Part shown: piece after piece, positions 9,986 to 18,968 of the stretch
Layout of the letters: the number at the start of each line of letters is the position of its first letter
Numbering within the stretch: position 1 is the stretch's first letter
NCBI GenBank assembly: GCA_963776355.1
Contig: CAVZLU010000008.1
Span: forward strand, 962,225 to 1,026,224
Direction of reading: 5' to 3'
DNA length: 64,000 nucleotides
Source: an uncultured Chloroflexia bacterium
GTDB taxonomy: Bacteria; Chloroflexota; Limnocylindria; Limnocylindrales; CSP1-4
Translations under genes and position numbers: made by a program
Notes under the pieces: model-generated
The model's input: only the letters and a program-made list of their open reading frames with translations
What the model was told of the DNA's origin: nothing
Databases searched by the model: none

Positions 9986-10087
9986 CGCGAGGCTCGACGC
10001 GGGCGTTCCCGCGCGGCGCTGAGCCGGCCAGCGGGCTGCCCGGGCGGCCGATGTCGAACCCCGCCGACGCCCGGCCGACTGTCGTCC

Positions 10088-10522
10088 TCAGGAACCGGCG
10101 CCCGCGTCGCCGGCCTCGCGAACCGTCGGGCTCTGCTGGACGGCCCAGCTGTTGCCGTCGGGGTCGTCGAAGAAGAGGAAGGAGTTCCAGTCTCCGCCCG
10201 GCCCATCGACGAAGCCGGTCCCGTCGTGGTGCTGGACGGCGGATACGGGCACGCCGCGCGAAAGCAGATCGGCCCGCGCGGCCACGATGTCGGCCACCGA
10301 GAGCTGCAAGCCCTTCAACGAGCCGGGCTCCATGTGGGCGAGCCCCGTGCCGATGGTGACCGAGCACCCCGAGCCCTGGGGTGTCAGCTGGACGACCCGG
10401 AAGCTCTCGCTGGGCGCCATGTCCACGTCGACGTGGAAGCCGACCTGCTCGCTGTAGAAGCGCTTGGCCCGGTCGACGTCGCTCACGGGGACGACCACGA
10501 CCTCGAGCTTGTACTCCATCAT
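10088..10522 (-). CDS. VOC/glyoxalase family protein
   Basis: MMEYKLEVVVVPVSDVDRAKRFY...FFDDPDGNSW. The RBS is GGAGGGGG. ATGA overlap with the upstream gene. Confidence 0.8.
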   Translation of the reverse strand: MMEYKLEVVVVPVSDVDRAKRFYSEQVGFHVDVDMAPSESFRVVQLTPQGSGCSVTIGTGLAHMEPGSLKGLQLSVADIVAARADLLSRGVPVSAVQHHDGTGFVDGPGGDWNSFLFFDDPDGNSWAVQQSPTVREAGDAGAGS

Positions 10523-11016
10523 CGCCCCCTCCCCGACTCGACCGGCGCGAGCCGCTCGATGAGCTCGTCCAGGCGCTCGTAGCCCTCGTTGACGCCGCTC
10601 TCCATGCCGGCCGCGACCATCGCGTCCCGGGCCTCGACGGACTGGTGGACCGATCGTCCTCGGACGAGCGTCCGTCCGCCGCGGTCCTCGAACGTGATCG
10701 AGTCGAGGGCGACGTGGCCGGGTGCACCCTCGTACTCGAAGGTCTGCACGATCCCGTCCACCGACGGCGCACCGTGGAACACGCCGTGGAAGCCGTGCTC
10801 GGCGCCGCCCGGCTCGCGCTGGACATAGCGCCACGTGCCGCCGTCGCGCACCTCGAAGCGGTCGATCTCCGTCGTCAGACGACGTGGCCCGAGCCACTGC
10901 ACGAGCAGCTCGGGGTCCGTATGGGCGCGATACACCAGCTCCCGCGGGGCGTTGAACTCGCGGGCGAAGTCGATGATCGGCACGCCCGGATCGGCGGTGA
11001 TGGTGGTGGTGGTCAT
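10519..11016 (-). CDS. SRPBCC/AHSA1 (Aha1-like) domain protein
   Basis: 165 aa: ...REFNAPRELVYRAHTDPELLVQWLGP...GVFHG...MESGVNEGYERLDELI. This is the usual partner of ArsR-type regulators. Confidence 0.75.
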   Translation of the reverse strand: MTTTTITADPGVPIIDFAREFNAPRELVYRAHTDPELLVQWLGPRRLTTEIDRFEVRDGGTWRYVQREPGGAEHGFHGVFHGAPSVDGIVQTFEYEGAPGHVALDSITFEDRGGRTLVRGRSVHQSVEARDAMVAAGMESGVNEGYERLDELIERLAPVESGRGR

Positions 11017-11051
11017 CGCGTGGTCCCCCTTTTCCGACCGCCCGGCGGCGA

Positions 11052-11387
11052 TCATTCCTGGTGATCGCCCTGCAGCGCCGCGAGCAGGGCGTCGAGACGC
11101 TCGTGACTCTCGTCCCAGAACGCCTGGTAGCGCGCCAGCCAGGTGGTCGCGTCGCGGAGCGGCTCGGCCTCCAGGTGGCTGAGGCGGGTCGTCGCCCGCC
11201 GGCTGCGAGAGATCAGCCCTGCCCGCTCGAGCACCTTCAGGTGGCGAGAGATGGCGGGCTGCGATACGGAGAACGGGGCGGACAGCTCCGCGACCGTCAG
11301 GTCGCCGCCGGCCAGGCGGGCCAGGATGGCCCGTCGGGTGGGATCGGCGAGGGCGCCAAAGACGGCGTTCAAGGGCTCGGTCGTCAT
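11052..11387 (-). CDS. ArsR/SmtB family transcriptional regulator
   Basis: FGALADPTRRAILARLAGGDLTVAELSAPFSVSQPAISRHLKVLERAGLI (winged HTH). Confidence 0.9.
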   Translation of the reverse strand: MTTEPLNAVFGALADPTRRAILARLAGGDLTVAELSAPFSVSQPAISRHLKVLERAGLISRSRRATTRLSHLEAEPLRDATTWLARYQAFWDESHERLDALLAALQGDHQE

Positions 11388-11388
11388 T

Positions 11389-11406
11389 CATAACCAATCT
11401 GTTATG
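11389..11406. promoter_or_regulatory. Inverted repeat CATAAC-n6-GTTATG abutting the ArsR start codon (candidate operator)
   Basis: Read directly. It begins 2 nt upstream of the ArsR ATG (11385-11387 on the minus strand). Confidence 0.35.
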
Positions 11407-11653
11407 GAGTGGCGTCGGTATTGAACAACGCGGGCCGTTGCCTGTCAACCCCCGACATCCGGCGCCTCGCCGGGGGGCGCATCCGGCCCGCCTACCGCGT
11501 CCGGCGCCGGCCGTCGGCCCGCCGGGAGGTGACGGAGAATCGCGATGTCGCGGCCCCACCTGGTCGACAGAACGAAGGCAGAACAGGACGAATGCCTAAC
11601 AAAGAATGGGTCATTCGTCGCTTCCACCATGGAACGGAAGGTTCCAGGATAGA

Positions 11654-11854
11654 ATGCGCGCAGGAATGCCGGACACGTGTCCGCCTGCCCCTCGCCTTGT
11701 GGTTCGCGCTCACCTCCTGGGGTCCACGCTCGTGATGCTCGTCGTGCTGGTCGCGGTCGTCGCCGTCGTCGTCGTCGCCGCGCTCCGCCAGGACTCCGAC
11801 GCGATGCTCGATCGCGTCGATCCGCAGCTCTGGCCGTACCTCCACCACCACTGA
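11654..11854 (+). CDS. Hypothetical small single-TM protein (about 66 aa)
   Basis: AGGA-n4-ATG. MRAGMPDTCPPAPRLVVRAHLLGSTLVMLVVLVAVVAVVVVAALRQDSDAMLDRVDPQLWPYLHHH. GC3 is high from about 11666 onward. The start is uncertain. Confidence 0.3.
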   Translation: MRAGMPDTCPPAPRLVVRAHLLGSTLVMLVVLVAVVAVVVVAALRQDSDAMLDRVDPQLWPYLHHH

Positions 11855-11938
11855 TCGAAACCGCGTTCGCGCGGCTCACGCTCGCGGTCGACCATCGTCG
11901 GCCGCGGGGTTCTCGACGTTGACGTGCCCCTGGACCGC

Positions 11939-12651
11939 TCAGCGGAGGGTGGCGAGGAAGCGGAACACGGGAATCGCGGTCGCGTAGCCGTCGGCAAGCA
12001 GGTCGGGCAGGTCGGCCGAGCAGACCTCGGCGTCCGACAGGTGCCGCCCGAAGACGACGTCCTTCCAGCGGAACATGTCCGCCAGGGGATGATCCTGGGG
12101 ATAGCCCGGCGGGATCCGCTTGAGCGATCGTGGGTACGCACGCCGCCGAACCAGGCGACGAACGCCGGCTCCTCGATCGCCGCCTGGACGCGGTCCGGTG
12201 ACTCGACGATCGCCCGCCGCAGGGCATCCAGGCGCGGCTTCTCGGCCATCCACATCCCCCCGCCGGCGTACATCTCGCCCGGCTGGAAGTTGAAGTAGCC
12301 GCCATTGCCATGGGCGCCGGCGTCGGCCGCCTCGCCGGCCCCGCCGGTCGCCTCCACCCAGGGGAAGGTCGCGCCAAGGTGCGTCTTGTAGGGCGACTTG
12401 TCCTTGCTGAACCGCGTGTCACGGTAGATCCGGAACGGCGAGCGCGCGGGGTCGGCCTGGAGCGGGATGCCCCTGGCCGCGAACCGCTCGGCGAGGGCCG
12501 TGCACAAGGCCGCGAGCGGCTCCTTGAGCAGCCGCTCGTACTCGCCCTTGCGCGGCGCGAACCAGGCACGGTCGTTGTTCCGCGCCAGGTCGGCCAGGAA
12601 CTGGATCGCCGCCGGCGTGAAGCCGGCAAACGATGGAGCCTCAACGGCCAT
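11939..12651 (-). pseudogene. DUF2461 (TIGR02453) family gene with an apparent -1 frameshift near 12130-12145
   Basis: MAVEAPSFAGFTPAAIQFLADLARNNDRAWF...YRDTRFSKDKSPYKTH...AFVAWFGG switches frame to AYPRSLKRIPPGYPQDHPLADMFRWKDVVF...FLATLR*. The span is 713 nt (3n+2). Confidence 0.6.
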
Positions 12652-12739
12652 CGTGCACCTCCGGCTGGGGCCTTGAACCGCCCGCCGCCACCCCGCCTTC
12701 GCGTTCGACGGTGCGAGCGATGGGCGCCAGCGTACCCTC

Positions 12740-13981
12740 TTGCTCCCGACGTGGTCCGCGCACGGACGCCCGTGCCGCGGAGCCCGCGGTACGACAGTGG
12801 GTCGACCGCCGGCCCGAGCCGCTACCATCGCCCAGGTGACACCGCCGCGAACGCCGCGACCGGACGCCCCGCTGCTGGGCCGGCGATCTCTCAATCGGGC
12901 GCTGCTGGCTCGCCAGCTGCTCCTGCGCCGGGCCAGCATGCCCGCCGAGGCGGCGATCGAGCACCTCGTCGGCATGCAGGCCCAGCAGCCGCTCGACCCG
13001 TACACGGCGCTCTGGTCGCGGCTCGAGGACTTCCGGGCGCAGGAGCTGGCCGACCTGCTCCTCGAGCGGCGGGCCGTCCGCGCCGTCGCGATGATGCGGA
13101 CGACGATCCACCTCATGACGGCGCGCGACTGGCTGGCGCTGCGGCCCGTGCTGCAGGACGTGCAGGCGCGCGGCTTCCGGACGGGTAGCCCGTTCGGGCG
13201 GAACCTCGCCGGCCTCGACCTCGACGACGTGGTCGCCGCGGGTCGCGCCCTGCTCGACGAGAAGCCGCGGTCGGTCGCCGTCCTCGGGCGGCTGCTGCAG
13301 GAGCGCTGGCCCGAACGCGACCCGGCGTCGCTGGCCCAGGCCGTGCGCTACCTGCTGCCGCTCGTCCAGGTCCCACCCCGCGGCGTCTGGGGCAGGGGCG
13401 GGCTGCCCCTGCTCGCGACCGGAGAGGCCTGGCTCGGGCGCCCGATCGGCGCCGAGACGGCGCCCGACGGGATGATCGTCCGCTACCTTGCCGCCTTCGG
13501 CCCGGCCAGCGTCATGGACATCCAGGCGTGGTGCTGGCTCACCCGCCTCGGTCCGATCGTCGAGCGCCTGCGTCCGGGCCTCCGGACCTTCCGCGACGAG
13601 GACGGCCGCGAGCTGTTCGATGTCCCCGACGCGCCTCGGCCCGATCCGGACACGCCCGCGCCGCCACGGTTCCTGCCGACGTACGACAACATCGTCCTCT
13701 CGCACAGGGACCGGCGACGCATCCTCGGCGACACGTCGACGTGGATCGTGGAGGGCGGCCAGTTCGACCGGATCTTCGCCCGCGGCTCGGTCCTCGTCGA
13801 CGGCTTCGTCGGGGCGGGCTGGCGCGTCGAGCGCCATGCCGGTCGGGCCTCGCTCCTCATCATGCCCGCCCGACCGCTGGCACCCGCGGACCGGGAGGCG
13901 GTCGAGGCGGAGGGCGAGCGACTGCTCGCGTTCCTCGCGAGCGAGGCCGGCGACCGCGACGTCAGGTTCGTGCCGCGCTGA
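12740..13981 (+). CDS. Winged-helix AlkZ-like (HTH_42) putative DNA glycosylase
   Basis: LNRALLARQLLL...IEHLVGMQAQQPLDPYTALWSRL...RAVAMMRTTIHLMTARDW. A more likely start is GTG 12836. Confidence 0.7.
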   Translation: MLPTWSAHGRPCRGARGTTVGRPPARAATIAQVTPPRTPRPDAPLLGRRSLNRALLARQLLLRRASMPAEAAIEHLVGMQAQQPLDPYTALWSRLEDFRAQELADLLLERRAVRAVAMMRTTIHLMTARDWLALRPVLQDVQARGFRTGSPFGRNLAGLDLDDVVAAGRALLDEKPRSVAVLGRLLQERWPERDPASLAQAVRYLLPLVQVPPRGVWGRGGLPLLATGEAWLGRPIGAETAPDGMIVRYLAAFGPASVMDIQAWCWLTRLGPIVERLRPGLRTFRDEDGRELFDVPDAPRPDPDTPAPPRFLPTYDNIVLSHRDRRRILGDTSTWIVEGGQFDRIFARGSVLVDGFVGAGWRVERHAGRASLLIMPARPLAPADREAVEAEGERLLAFLASEAGDRDVRFVPR

Positions 13982-14029
13982 CGCCCGGGCGTGGGCCACC
14001 GTCCACGCCCGGGGAAGGCGGCGCCGTGC

Positions 14030-14224
14030 CTACGCCCCCACCGGTCCGGCCAGCGCCCGGCGGAGCGCCGTCGAGATCTGTCGCCGGCGTGACGGCTGCG
14101 CGGGCACTTCGAGCGCCCGGCCGGCCTCCGGCGGCACTCGCAGGGCGCGCCGGTCGTCATCGGCTTCCTCGTGACGGCGGGTCATCCGGTCCGCCGTGAG
14201 CAGGTACAGCGTGAACGGTTGCAT
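14030..14224 (-). CDS. Hypothetical small protein (64 aa)
   Basis: GGGGG-n5-ATG with high GC3. MQPFTLYLLTADRMTRRHEE... No recognisable family. Confidence 0.25.
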   Translation of the reverse strand: MQPFTLYLLTADRMTRRHEEADDDRRALRVPPEAGRALEVPAQPSRRRQISTALRRALAGPVGA

Positions 14225-14400
14225 CGTGGCCCCCTGTCGGTGCTGACCGGCCGCGGGCGCGGCCAGGGGGCCAGTTTCGGATCGGGCCCGCGGTTCCGAC
14301 ATCGGGCAGGGCCTTATCGGGAGGTCGTTTCCGGCCTTATTCGGCACCGCTGCCGGCGATCGCCCGCGTGGCGCAACCCGTCGTCAGGCATCATCCGTCC

Positions 14401-16242
14401 ATGCCCGACCCGGCCGAAGCCGATCGCCGCCCGCCGTCCGACGAGGGCCCGGCGCCGGAACCCGCCGCGATCCCGGCGGGGCCGGCCCCGCTGGAGCCAA
14501 ACGCGTCGCCCTCCGCTGTCGACGCCCCCCTGTGGGCGCGAATCCGGCCGCTGATCGCCCTCCACGTCCCCATCACGGTCTGGCTGCCGGCCTACCCGCG
14601 CGAGTGGCTGCGGCCCGATCTCCTCGGTGCGCTTACCTCCTGGGGGGTGATGGTCCCGGTGGCCATGGCGTACGCCGCCCTCGCCGGCGTCTCGCCGGAG
14701 TTCGGCCTGATCACGGCATTCGCGGCGATGGCCGCCTATGCGGTGTTCGGCACGAGTCGCCACCTGAAGGTCACGACGAGCTCCACGATGGCGATCATGT
14801 CGGCCTCGGTCGTCGCCGGCTTCGCGGCCACGAGCGCGAGCGAGTACCTGGCCCTGAGCGCTGCCCTTGCCCTCGTGGTCGGCGTCATCCTCGTGGCGGC
14901 CGGAGTGGCCCGCCTCGGGTTCATCGGCGACTTCCTCGCGAAGTCGGTCATCACCGGGTTCATCTTCGGGCTCGCCATCACGATCATCATCGGGCAGCTG
15001 CCGAAGCTCCTCGGCGTACCTGCAGGTTCCGGGGGGACGATCCCCCAGCTGGCCGCCCTCGTCGAAAACATCCCCGAGACGGACCCCTGGACCCTCGCCG
15101 TCGGCGCGTCCGCGCTGGCGCTCATCCTGCTGCTGCGGGCGATCGCGCCGCGCGTTCCCGGCCCGCTCGTGGCCCTCGGGCTGGGCATCCTCGCAACCAC
15201 CGCATTCGACCTCACCGCCCACGGCGTATCCGTGGTCGGCGAGGTGGCCACGGGAGTGCCGCTGCCGGGCATCCCCCGGATCTCGCTGCTCGACATTCCC
15301 TACCTGGCCGCCGGGGCGGCCGGCATCGTCTTCCTCGCGGTCGGCGAATCGCTCGGGGCGGCCCGCGCCTTCGCGATGCGCCACGCGTACGAGATCGACG
15401 CCGACCAGGAGCTGATCGGCCTCGGGGCGGCGAACCTCTCCGCCGGCCTGTTCGGTGGCTTCACGGTCGACGCCAGCCTCTCCCAGTCGGCCACGGCCGA
15501 GGTGGCGGGGGTCAAGTCGCAGCTCGCCTCGCTGCTAACGGCCGGGCTCATCCTGGCGACCGTGGTGTTCCTCGCACCAATCTTCAAGAACCTCCCCAAT
15601 GCGGTCCTCGGGGCGATCGTCATCGCCTCTGTGCTGGGGCTCATGGATGTCTCCGAGCTGCGTCGCTACGCGGCCTCGCGGCGGACCGACCTGTTCCTCG
15701 CGCTCGTCGCCCTCGTCGGCGTGATCACGACGACCGTCCTTGTCGGGCTCGGGATCGCCGTCCTGCTCTCGCTGAGCATGCTGCTGTATCGGGCGAGCCG
15801 GCCGTACGTGGCCGTTCTCGGCAAGGTCGGCGACTCGCACGCCACGTACGGCGACCTGGAGCGCCACCCGGACGCGACGTCGATCCCCGGCCTCCTGATG
15901 CTCCGGATCGATGCGCCGCTCTACTTCTTCAATGCGAACGTCGCTCGCACCACGGTCCTGGCCGCGGTCGCTCGGGCCGATCCCCGGCCGGCCGCGGTCC
16001 TGCTCGACATCGGGGCCACGGCTGACTTCGACGTCACCACCGCGGACGCGGTCCGCCAGCTCCTCGGTGACCTCCACGACCAGTCGGTGGACGTCCTGCT
16101 GGCCCAGGTGAAGGGCCCGGTGCGCGACCGCATGCGTCGCAGCGGACTGATGGAGGCCGCCGGCGAGGAACGGGTGTACCTGTCGGTCGCCGCGGCGGTC
16201 GAGGACTTCCGACGGCGGACCCCGGGAGCGACCCTCGGGTGA
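14401..16242 (+). CDS. SulP family anion transporter with C-terminal STAS domain
   Basis: VMVPVAMAYAALAGVSPEFGLITAFAAMAAYAVFGTSRHL followed by many TM segments. The STAS-like tail is ...LLMLRIDAPLYFFNANV...DVLLAQVKGPVRDRM. ATG 14401 is preferred; the track GTG is at 14368. Confidence 0.85.
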   Translation: MPDPAEADRRPPSDEGPAPEPAAIPAGPAPLEPNASPSAVDAPLWARIRPLIALHVPITVWLPAYPREWLRPDLLGALTSWGVMVPVAMAYAALAGVSPEFGLITAFAAMAAYAVFGTSRHLKVTTSSTMAIMSASVVAGFAATSASEYLALSAALALVVGVILVAAGVARLGFIGDFLAKSVITGFIFGLAITIIIGQLPKLLGVPAGSGGTIPQLAALVENIPETDPWTLAVGASALALILLLRAIAPRVPGPLVALGLGILATTAFDLTAHGVSVVGEVATGVPLPGIPRISLLDIPYLAAGAAGIVFLAVGESLGAARAFAMRHAYEIDADQELIGLGAANLSAGLFGGFTVDASLSQSATAEVAGVKSQLASLLTAGLILATVVFLAPIFKNLPNAVLGAIVIASVLGLMDVSELRRYAASRRTDLFLALVALVGVITTTVLVGLGIAVLLSLSMLLYRASRPYVAVLGKVGDSHATYGDLERHPDATSIPGLLMLRIDAPLYFFNANVARTTVLAAVARADPRPAAVLLDIGATADFDVTTADAVRQLLGDLHDQSVDVLLAQVKGPVRDRMRRSGLMEAAGEERVYLSVAAAVEDFRRRTPGATLG

Positions 16243-16436
16243 TTCCGGGCTGAGCCTCGAACGTACACCCGACCCTCACCCCGGGCGCCGCGGTGCCGTC
16301 CCCCGGGCCACGGCGGGCGGCAATGCCGGGTCGACACCCGATGTTCGGCTCGCGCCGGAACTCATACGATCGAAGTGCACTTATCGCCCGGCCGGGCGAC
16401 ATCGGTCGGAAACGCCGGGCGGCCACGGGGGGAGTC

Positions 16437-16904
16437 ATGACACCTGCACATCGCCTCGCACTGATTGGAGTTGCGGCCTGCGTCGCCATCGCAGGCTGCG
16501 CGCCCGCGGCCGCTGCGCCGGCCGCGTCGACATCTGCCGCGTCGAAGACCGGAGGGGTCGCCACCATCAAGGTCGCCGAGCAAGAGTTCAAGATCGAGCC
16601 CGACGCGACCACGGCCGCGGCGGGGTCCACCACCTTCGAGGTGAAGAACACGGGGACGATCACGCACGAGTTCGTGGTGCTGCGGACGGACGCCTCGCCC
16701 GCCTCGTTCAAGAAGGACGACGACGGGACGGTGGCCGAGGACAGCGGCGGCAGCGTGTCGGTCGACGAGATCGAGGACATCGCGGCCGGATCGACGGAAT
16801 CCCTGACGGTCAGCCTCGCGCCGGGCAACTACCTCCTGATGTGCAACCTGCCCGGGCACTTCCTGGGCGGCATGGCCACCAAGCTCACCATCACCGGAGG
16901 CTGA
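16437..16904 (+). CDS. Cupredoxin (plastocyanin/azurin-like) type-1 copper lipoprotein
   Basis: RBS GGGGGAG. The lipobox is VAIAGC. Candidate copper ligands are in ITHEF ... MCNLPGHFLGGM (H, C-x4-H-x4-M). Confidence 0.75.
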   Translation: MTPAHRLALIGVAACVAIAGCAPAAAAPAASTSAASKTGGVATIKVAEQEFKIEPDATTAAAGSTTFEVKNTGTITHEFVVLRTDASPASFKKDDDGTVAEDSGGSVSVDEIEDIAAGSTESLTVSLAPGNYLLMCNLPGHFLGGMATKLTITGG

Positions 16905-16941
16905 CGACCGCGGATCGCGGCGCCAGCAGGGGGGCCCGCCA

Positions 16942-16978
16942 GGCGACGGGCCGTCGGCGCGGCCGGCGGCCCGTCGCC
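16942..16978. terminator. Long GC hairpin between convergent genes (GGCGACGGGCCG...CGGCCCGTCGCC)
   Basis: The 12-bp perfect arms at 16942-16953 and 16967-16978 are extendable inward. The hairpin lies between stops 16904 (+) and 17012 (-). Confidence 0.45.
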
Positions 16979-17011
16979 CTTCGTGCCGCACCGCCGCGCG
17001 GGCCGCCGCCG

Positions 17012-18589
17012 TCAGGAGCCTCGTCGCCCCCGCAGGCGGGCGACGAGGCGCTCGGCGACCACGTAGCTGCGCCCGCCACCCATCACGAGGACCACGTCGC
17101 CCGCCTCGACCTGCCCGGCCAGCCAGTCGGCCGTCGCCTCGACGCTCCCCGGCGCCACCGCCGGGACGTTCGCAACACGTGTCACCGCGTCCGCCAGGGC
17201 CTGCGCCGACGTGATCGTCGTGTCCGGATCGCGCCCGGCATGGACGTCGGCCACGACCGCGCGGTCGGCCGTTCCCAGGACGGCCGCGAACTCCCCGAGC
17301 ATCGCCGCCGTCCGGTGATACGTGAGCGGCTCGTAGACGCCCCACAGGCGACGGCCGGGATACCGGTCGCGGACGGCCGCGAACGTGGCCGCGATCGCGG
17401 TGGGATGGTGTCCATAGTCGTCGAGGACGACGACGCCGCCGACGTCACCCTTGAGCTCCAGGCGGCGACCCACGCCCGGGAACGTCGCCAGGCCCGCGAC
17501 GATCGAGTCGGGAGCCGCTCCAGCGGCCAACGCCACGCCCGCCGCGATGAGGGCGTTCTCCGCGTTGTGCCGGCCGGCGAGCGCGAGCACGGTCCGGCGC
17601 GGACCGGCCGGATCGAGGCCGTCGATCTCCAGGCTCCCCTGCCCTGCCATCCATCGCCAGCGCGCGACCAGGGGCACGGCCGCGCCGGCGCCGGTCCGCA
17701 GCGCCGCGAGCCGGACCGCCGTCCCCGCCGGGTCGGCGTCCTCGCCGACCACCTCCGCCGCGACGAGGCGTCCCGGCCAGTCACGGAGGCCGTCGAGGAC
17801 CTCGCCCACGCCCGGGTCGCCGGCGTTCGCCACCACGACGGTCGGAACCGAGCCCACCGTCGAACCCCGGATCCAGGACGTGAACGCGGCGACGACGGCG
17901 GCCCGATCCGCGAACACGTCCGGGTGGTCCCAATCCGCATTGAGGAGGCCGATGATGCGCGGGTCGTACGGGTCGAAGTTGCCGGCGTACTCGTCGGCTT
18001 CCACCACGAACTGGGGACCTCCGCCGACGCGGACCGTCGACGGACGGCGCGTTCCCGTGAGCTCCGCCGGCAACAGGGCGCCCACGAAGGCCGAGGGATC
18101 GAGGCCCGCGGCCACGAGGAGGTGAACCACCCATCCGGTCGTCGTGGACTTACCGTGCGTGCCGGCTATCCCAATGAGTGACTGGCCGCGGGTTGCCGCA
18201 CTGTCGGCGATCAGCTGCTGCAGGCTTGAGACGGGTACCCCGTTGAGCCGGGCGGCCGCGAGCTCGGGATGGCCGGGCGCGATCGCCGTCAGGGCCTTGC
18301 TCACGGCGAGGCGATCAGCGAGCACCCGGTCCGCGGCCGCCACGTGGGTCGGGGCGTGCTCCCACGAGAGGGGAATGCCGGCGTCGGCCAGCGGTTGCGT
18401 GTACTGGGACGGTCCGCCTGCATCACACCCGGAGACGGCCGCTCCGACGAGATGCGCGTGGAGCGCGGCTGCCGCCCCGGCGGCGCCGGCGGCGCCGACG
18501 ACGTGGATGCGCTCGCCGGGTCGCAGCGCCCGGGCGGGACGAACCGGCTCGAGGCCGGCGCCGATCTCGGACGCCGGCCGTCGGGTCAC
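17012..18589 (-). CDS. Mur ligase family protein (MurC/Mpl-like)
   Basis: IHVVGAAGAG...VSGCD, GIAGTHGKSTTTGW (P-loop), VVEADEYAGNF, NADWDHPDVF, DDYGHHPTAI. GTG start in a GTGA overlap with the upstream frame. Confidence 0.8.
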   Translation of the reverse strand: MTRRPASEIGAGLEPVRPARALRPGERIHVVGAAGAAGAAAALHAHLVGAAVSGCDAGGPSQYTQPLADAGIPLSWEHAPTHVAAADRVLADRLAVSKALTAIAPGHPELAAARLNGVPVSSLQQLIADSAATRGQSLIGIAGTHGKSTTTGWVVHLLVAAGLDPSAFVGALLPAELTGTRRPSTVRVGGGPQFVVEADEYAGNFDPYDPRIIGLLNADWDHPDVFADRAAVVAAFTSWIRGSTVGSVPTVVVANAGDPGVGEVLDGLRDWPGRLVAAEVVGEDADPAGTAVRLAALRTGAGAAVPLVARWRWMAGQGSLEIDGLDPAGPRRTVLALAGRHNAENALIAAGVALAAGAAPDSIVAGLATFPGVGRRLELKGDVGGVVVLDDYGHHPTAIAATFAAVRDRYPGRRLWGVYEPLTYHRTAAMLGEFAAVLGTADRAVVADVHAGRDPDTTITSAQALADAVTRVANVPAVAPGSVEATADWLAGQVEAGDVVLVMGGGRSYVVAERLVARLRGRRGS

Positions 18590-18925
18590 GCCTCCGACGG
18601 GTCCTCGCCGGGCGTCCCCGCCTCCATCGACTCGAGGACGGGGACGACGCTCGGCGCGTCGCGACCCGGCTCGGGCGGCGGGCTCCCCGCAGCGTCGGGG
18701 CGGCCCGCAGCAGGCGGGCCACTGGCAGTCGTCCTCGGCCGCCAGGCCATCGCCGGCGTCCGCGGCAATCGGGCCATCGGCCTCGACCGCGACCGCCGCC
18801 GGCCATGGGCGTCGGCGACGGCGTGCGCCAGCGTCGGCGTCGGGAGGTCGTCAGCGGCAGGCCCCGCGTCGTAGACCGCCTGCGCCTCGGCCGCGAGGAC
18901 TTCCGAGGCATCCGGCAGGGCGCCG
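18586..18925 (-). CDS. Hypothetical acidic protein, start and frame unresolved
   Basis: The frame ending at TGA 18586-18588 is open through the whole gap but has no ATG/GTG/TTG before 18777. Coding-like stretches are GALPDASEVLAAEAQAVYDAGPAADDLP... and ...SVVPVLESMEAGTPGEDPSEA*. The middle reads better in another frame. Confidence 0.3.
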
Positions 18926-18968
18926 TCAACCGTCCCACTCGAGCGGTTCGGCCACGTACGGTTCGGAC

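Noticed and set aside
14225-14347. The upstream 41 codons of track ORF 14030..14347.
   Set aside because: They have no SD and an atypical composition. An internal ATG at 14224 with GGGGG-n5 is the only plausible start, and even that gene is low confidence.
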